Below are positions 57,240 to 64,000 of a DNA stretch of 64,000 bases, one piece after another. The position numbers and the translations under genes are program-made. The DNA lies in contig OZ059900.1 of the NCBI GenBank assembly GCA_964057225.1, positions 1,240,001 to 1,304,000 of the forward strand, in the 5' to 3' direction. The notes beneath the pieces are model-generated. The model was not told the origin of the DNA and made no database searches. It worked only from the letters and a program-made list of their open reading frames with translations. This DNA is from Auanema rhodensis (taxonomy: Eukaryota > Animalia > Nematoda). The first letter of the stretch is position 1. Each line of letters starts with the position of its first letter.

Positions 57240-60200
57240 TTTTGGTACAAAATCTGTGATACTCGTAAATTTTGATCATATTCGGTGAGATTCGAGAATC
57301 AAACACACAATACACGAAATAAGTTTATTTTTACGAGTTTGCACTGATATTTATTCATTTTGATCAAAAAAGGTCGAAAATAGAAAGAATTTTTGAAATT
57401 TCCGAGTTTTGAGTCTAATTTGGCTAAATCGCTCATATATATGATCAAAAGCATAGTTTCATTGTCTATGACAACAAAAGTCATCAATTAAACGCTAGTG
57501 ATGTTTAAATACTGAATTTCGCTCAAATAGCATTACTACACTAAGTATGGTCGTTTTTATGCCTTTAACACCATATACTCACCGATTTTTGGTACAAAAT
57601 CTGTAATACTCGTAAATTTTGATCATATTCGTTAAGATTTGAGAATCAAACATACAATACACAAAATCAGTCTATTTTTATGAGCTTGCACTGATATATA
57701 TTCATTTTGATCAAAAAAGGTCGAAAATAGAAAGAATTTTTGAAATTTACGAGTTTTGAGTCTAATTTGGCTAAATCGCTCATATATATGATCAGAAGCA
57801 TAGTTTTATTGTCTATGACAACAAAAGCCATTAATTAAACACTAATGATGTTTAAATCACTAAATTTCGCTCAAATAGCATTACTACACTAAGTATGGTC
57901 GTTTTTATGCCTTTAACACCATATACTCACCGATTTTTGGTACAAAATCTGTAATACTTGTAAATTTTGATCATATTCGTTAAGATTCGAGAATCAAACA
58001 CATAATACACGAAATAAGTCTATTTTTATGAGTTTGCACTGATATTTATTCATTTTGATCAAAAAAGGTCGAAAATAGAAAGAATTTTTGAATTTTCCGA
58101 GTTTTGAGTCCAATTGGGCTAAATCGCTCATATATATGATCAAAAGCATAGTTTTACTGTCTATGATAACAAAAGTCTTCAAATATACACTAATAATGTG
58201 TAAATCACTGAATTTCACTCAAATAGCTTTACTACACTAAGTATGGTCGTTTTTATGCCTTTAACACCATATACTCACCGATTTTTGGTACAAAATCTGT
58301 AATACTCGTAAATTTTGATCATATTCGGTGAGATTCGAGAATCAAACACACAATACACGAAATAAGTTTATTTTTACGAGTTTGCACTGATATTTATTCA
58401 TTTTGATCAAAAAAGGTCGAAAATAGAAAGAATTTTTGAAATTTCCGAGTTTTGAGTCCAATTTGGCTAAATCGCTCATATATATGATCAAAAGCATAGT
58501 TCTATTGTCTATAACAACAAAAGTCTTCAATTAAACGCTAGTGATGTTTAAATACTGAATTTCGCTCAAATAGCATTACTACACTAAGTATGGTCGTTTT
58601 TATGCCTTTAACACCATATACTCACCGATTTTTGGTACAAAATCTGTAATACTCGTAAGTTTTGATCATATTCGTTAAGATTTGAGAATCAAACATACAA
58701 TACACAAAATCAGTCTATTTTTATGAGCTTGCACTGATATATATTCATTTTGATCAAAAAAGGTCGAAAATAGAAAGAATTTTTGAAATTTACGAGTTTT
58801 GAGTCCAATTGGGCTAAATCGCTCATATATATGATCAAAAGCATAGTTTTACTGTCTATGATAACAAAAGTCTTCAAATATACACTAATAATGTGTAAAT
58901 CACTGAATTTCACTCAAATAGCTTTACTACACTAAGTATGGTCGTTTTTATGCCTTTAACACCATATACTCACCGATTTTTGGTACAAAATCTGTAATAC
59001 TCGTAAATTTTGATCATATTCGTTAAGATTTGAGAATCAAACATACAATACACGAAATAAGTTCATTTTTACAAGTTTGCACTGATATTTATTCATTTTG
59101 ATCAAAAAAGGTCGAAAATAGAAAGAATTTTTGAAATTTACGAGTTTTGAGTCTAATTTGGCTAAATCGCTCATATATATGATCAGAAGCATAGTTTTAT
59201 TGTCTATGACAACAAAAGTCATTAATTAAACACTAATGATGTTTAAATACTGATTTTCGCTCAAATACCATTACTACACTAAGTATGGTCGTTTTTATGC
59301 CTTTAACACCATATACTCACCGATTTTTGGTACAAAATCTGTGATACTCGTAAATTTCGATCATATTCGTTAAGATTCGAGAATCAAACACACAATACAC
59401 GAAATGAGTTTATTTTCACGAGTTCGCACTGATATTTATTCATTTTGATCAAAAAAGGTCGAAAATAGAAAGAATTTTTGAATTTTCCGAGTTTTGAGTC
59501 CAATTGGGCTAAATCGCTCATATATATGATCAAAAGCATAGTTTTACTGTCTATGATAACAAAAGTCTTCAAATATACACAAGTAATGATTAAATCACTG
59601 AATTTCACTCAAATAGCATTACTACACTAAGTATGGTCGTTTTTATGCCTTTAACACCATATACTCACCGATTTTTGGTACAAAATCTGTAATACTTGTA
59701 AATTTCGATCATATTCGTTAAGATTTGAGAATCAAACACATAATACACGAAATAAGTCTATTTTTACAAGTTTGCACTGATATTTATTCATTTTGATCAA
59801 AAAAGGTCGAAAATAGAAAGAATTTTTGAAATTTCCGAGTTTTGAGTCCAATTTGGCTAAATCGCTCATATATATGATCAAAAGCATAGTTCTATTGTCT
59901 ATAACAACAAAAGTCTTCAATTAAACGCTAGTGATGTTTTAATACTGAATTTCGCTCAAATAGCATTACTACACTAAGTATGGTCGTTTTTATGCCTTTA
60001 ACACCATATACTCACCGATTTTTGGTACAAAATCTGTAATACTCGTAAATTTTGATCATATTCGTTAAGATTTGAGAATCAAACATACAATACACGAAAT
60101 CAGTCTATTTTTATGAGCTTGCACTGATATATATTCATTTTGATCAAAAAAGGTCGAAAATAGAAAGAATTTTTGAAATTTACGAGTTTTGAGTCTAATT

Positions 60201-61062
60201 TGGCTAAATCGCTCATATATATGATCAGAAGCATAGTTTTATTGTCTATGACAACAAAAATCATCAATTAAACGCTAGTGATGTTTAAATACTGATTTTC
60301 GCTCAAATAGCATTACTACACTAAGTATGGTCGTTTTTATGCCTTTAACACCATATACTCACCGATTTTTGGTACAAAATCTGTAATACTTGTAAATTTT
60401 GATCATATTCGTTAAGATTCGAGAATCAAACACATAATACACGAAAAAAGTCTATTTTTATGAGCTTGCACGGATATATATTCATTTTGATCAAAAAAGG
60501 TCGAAAATAGAAAGAATTTTTGAAATTTACGAGTTTTGAGTCTAATTTGGCTAAATCGCTCATATATATGATCAGAAGCATAGTTTTATTGTCTATGACA
60601 ACAAAAGTCATTAATTAAACACTAATGATGTTTAAATCACTAAATTTCGCTCAAATAGCATTACTACACTAAGTATGGTCGTTTTTATGCCTTTAACACC
60701 ATATACTCACCGATTTTTGGTACAAAATCTGTAATACTTGTAAATTTTGATCATATTCGTTAAGATTCGAGAATCAAACACATAATACACGAAAAAAGTC
60801 TATTTTTATGAGTTTGCACTGATATTTATTCATTTTGATCAAAAAAGGTCGAAAATAGAAAGAATTTTTGAATTTTCCGAGTTTTGAGTCCAATTGGGCT
60901 AAATCGCTCATATATATGATCAAAAGCATAGTTTTACTGTCTATGATAACAAAAGTCTTCAAATATACACTAATAATGTGTAAATCACTGAATTTCACTC
61001 AAATAGCTTTACTACACTAAGTATGGTCGTTTTTATGCCTTTAACACCATATACTCACCGAT

Positions 61063-61309
61063 TTTTGGTACAAAATCTGTAATACTCGTAAAAAGGTCGA
61101 AAATAGAAAGAATTTTTGAAATTTACGAGTTTTGAGTCTAATTTGGCTAAATCGCTCATATATATGATCAAAAGCATAGTTTTATTGTCTATAACAACAA
61201 AAGTCATCAATTAAACGCTAGTGATGTTTAAATACTGAATTTCACTCAAATAGCATTACTACACTAAGTATGGTCCTTTTTATGCCTTTAACACCATATA
61301 CTCACCGAT
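61063..61309. repeat. Truncated 247-bp monomer, copy 2
   Basis: Same junction; A-run at 61090-61094. Confidence 0.95.
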
Positions 61310-61657
61310 TTTTGGTACAAAATCTGTGATACTCGTAAATTTTGATCATATTCGGTGAGATTCGAGAATCAAACACACAATACACGAAATAAGTTTATTT
61401 TTATGAGTTTGCACTGATATTTATTCATTTTGATCAAAAAAGGTCGAAAATAGAAAGAATTTTTGAATTTTCCGAGTTTTGAGTCCAATTGGGCTAAATC
61501 GCTCATATATATGATCAAAAGCATAGTTTTACTGTCTATGATAACAAAAGTCTTCAAATATACACTAATAATGTGTAAATCACTGAATTTCACTCAAATA
61601 GCTTTACTACACTAAGTATGGTCGTTTTTATGCCTTTAACACCATATACTCACCGAT

Positions 61658-61904
61658 TTTTGGTACAAAATCTGTAATACTCGTAAAAAGGTCGAAAATA
61701 GAAAGAATTTTTGAAATTTACGAGTTTTGAGTCTAATTTGGCTAAATCGCTCATATATATGATCAAAAGCATAGTTTTATTGTCTATAACAACAAAAGTC
61801 ATCAATTAAACGCTAGTGATGTTTAAATACTGAATTTCACTCAAATAGCATTACTACACTAAGTATGGTCGTTTTTATGCCTTTAACACTATATACTCAC
61901 CGAT
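61658..61904. repeat. Truncated 247-bp monomer, copy 3
   Basis: Same junction; A-run at 61685-61689, 595 bp after copy 2. Confidence 0.95.
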
Positions 61905-64000
61905 TTTTGGTACAAAATCTGTGATACTCGTAAATTTTGATCATATTCGGTGAGATTCGAGAATCAAACACACAATACACGAAATAAGTTTATTTTTACG
62001 AGTTTGCACTGATATTTATTCATTTTGATCAAAAAAGGTCGAAAATAGAAAGAATTTTTGAAATTTCCGAGTTTTGAGTCTAATTTGGCTAAATCGCTCA
62101 TATATATGATCAAAAGCATAGTTTCATTGTCTATGACAACAAAAGTCATCAATTAAACGCTAGTGATGTTTAAATACTGAATTTCGCTCAAATAGCATTA
62201 CTACACTAAGTATGGTCGTTTTTATGCCTTTAACACCATATACTCACCGATTTTTGGTACAAAATCTGTAATACTCGTAAATTTTGATCATATTCGTTAA
62301 GATTTGAGAATCAAACATACAATACACAAAATCAGTCTATTTTTATGAGCTTGCACTGATATATATTCATTTTGATCAAAAAAGGTCGAAAATAGAAAGA
62401 ATTTTTGAAATTTACGAGTTTTGAGTCTAATTTGGCTAAATCGCTCATATATATGATCAGAAGCATAGTTTTATTGTCTATGACAACAAAAGCCATTAAT
62501 TAAACACTAATGATGTTTAAATCACTAAATTTCGCTCAAATAGCATTACTACACTAAGTATGGTCGTTTTTATGCCTTTAACACCATATACTCACCGATT
62601 TTTGGTACAAAATCTGTAATACTTGTAAATTTTGATCATATTCGTTAAGATTCGAGAATCAAACACATAATACACGAAATAAGTCTATTTTTATGAGTTT
62701 GCACTGATATTTATTCATTTTGATCAAAAAAGGTCGAAAATAGAAAGAATTTTTGAATTTTCCGAGTTTTGAGTCCAATTGGGCTAAATCGCTCATATAT
62801 ATGATCAAAAGCATAGTTTTACTGTCTATGATAACAAAAGTCTTCAAATATACACTAATAATGTGTAAATCACTGAATTTCACTCAAATAGCTTTACTAC
62901 ACTAAGTATGGTCGTTTTTATGCCTTTAACACCATATACTCACCGATTTTTGGTACAAAATCTGTAATACTCGTAAATTTTGATCATATTCGTTTAGATT
63001 TGAGAATCAAACATACAATACACAAAATCAGTCTATTTTTATGAGCTTGCACTGATATATATTCATTTTGATCAAAAAAGGTCGAAAATAGAAAGAATTT
63101 TTGAAATTTCCGAGTTTTGAGTCCAATTTGGCTAAATCGCTCATATATATGATCAAAAGCATAGTTCTATTGTCTATAACAACAAAAGTCTTCAATTAAA
63201 CGCTAGTGATGTTTAAATACTGAATTTCGCTCAAATAGCATTACTACACTAAGTATGGTCGTTTTTATGCCTTTAACACCATATACTCACCGATTTTTGG
63301 TACAAAATCTGTAATACTCGTAAGTTTTGATCATATTCGTTAAGATTTGAGAATCAAACATACAATACACAAAATCAGTCTATTTTTATGAGCTTGCACT
63401 GCTATATATTCATCTTGATCAAAAAAGGTCGAAAATAGAAAGAATTTTTGAAATTTACGAGTTTTGAGTCTAATTTGGCTAAATCGCTCATATATATGAT
63501 CAGAAGCATAGTTTTATTGTCTATGACAACAAAAGCCATTAATTAAACACTAATGATGTTTAAATCACTAAATTTCGCTCAAATAGCATTACTACACTAA
63601 GTATGGTCGTTTTTATGCCTTTAACACCATATACTCACCGATTTTTGGTACAAAATCTGTAATACTTGTAAATTTTGATCATATTCGTTAAGATTCGAGA
63701 ATCAAACACATAATACACGAAATAAGTCTATTTTTATGAGTTTGCACTGATATTTATTCATTTTGATCAAAAAAGGTCGAAAATAGAAAGAATTTTTGAA
63801 TTTTCCGAGTTTTGAGTCCAATTGCGCTAAATCGCTCATATATATGATCAAAAGCATAGTTTTACTGTCTATGATAACAAAAGTCTTCAAATATACACTA
63901 ATAATGTGTAAATCACTGAATTTCACTCAAATAGCTTTACTACACTAAGTATGGTCGTTTTTATGCCTTTAACACCATATACTCACCGATTTTTGGTACA

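Larger units (their letters stand above)
1..64000. repeat. Satellite DNA array, 347/348-bp AT-rich monomer, about 185 head-to-tail copies
   Basis: GGTACAAAATCTGT recurs at 5, 352 and onward to the window end. ORF-track ends step by 347 or 348 bp (60, 407, 755, ...). The 347 vs 348 difference is a 1-bp indel (AATACTGA vs AATCACTGA/AATCACTAA, monomer position about 271). There is no unique sequence or inversion anywhere, and the array runs off both window edges. Confidence 0.99.

Noticed and set aside
60-63926. More than 100 near-identical 61-89 aa minus-strand ORFs (…LLIIYMSDLAKLDSKLGNFK…) as a tandem gene or peptide family
   Set aside because: They are one frame of the repeat unit. Most begin at non-ATG codons that vary between copies, a common variant (ATCAG, TGA on the minus strand) introduces a stop in a large share of monomers, frameshifted and deleted copies are amplified equally, most variation changes amino acids, and there is no recognisable domain.
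1-64000. CRISPR-like or variable-cassette array (constant segments alternating with variable ones)
   Set aside because: The variable parts are point-variant alleles of the same sequence, not unique spacers. No cas, recombinase or reverse transcriptase gene is present in the window.

Overview
The whole 64-kb window is one uninterrupted, head-to-tail, single-orientation tandem array of an AT-rich monomer of 347/348 bp (about 31% GC in monomer 1; about 185 copies). This is satellite DNA, most likely eukaryotic heterochromatic or (peri)centromeric sequence; I cannot assign a family or organism from the sequence alone. I found no supportable protein-coding gene, RNA gene, transposon or CRISPR array, and the short minus-strand ORFs are one incidental reading frame repeated in each monomer. 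I see no previously undescribed gene system. The informative signal is in the array's internal structure: nested tandem duplications of 1 to about 38 monomers whose order can partly be read from shared variants, mosaic monomers, three copies of a 247-bp monomer with the same 100-bp deletion, three copies of a 3-bp insertion at the centre of a palindrome, CpG-biased polymorphism, and dyad symmetries located in the least variable parts of the monomer.
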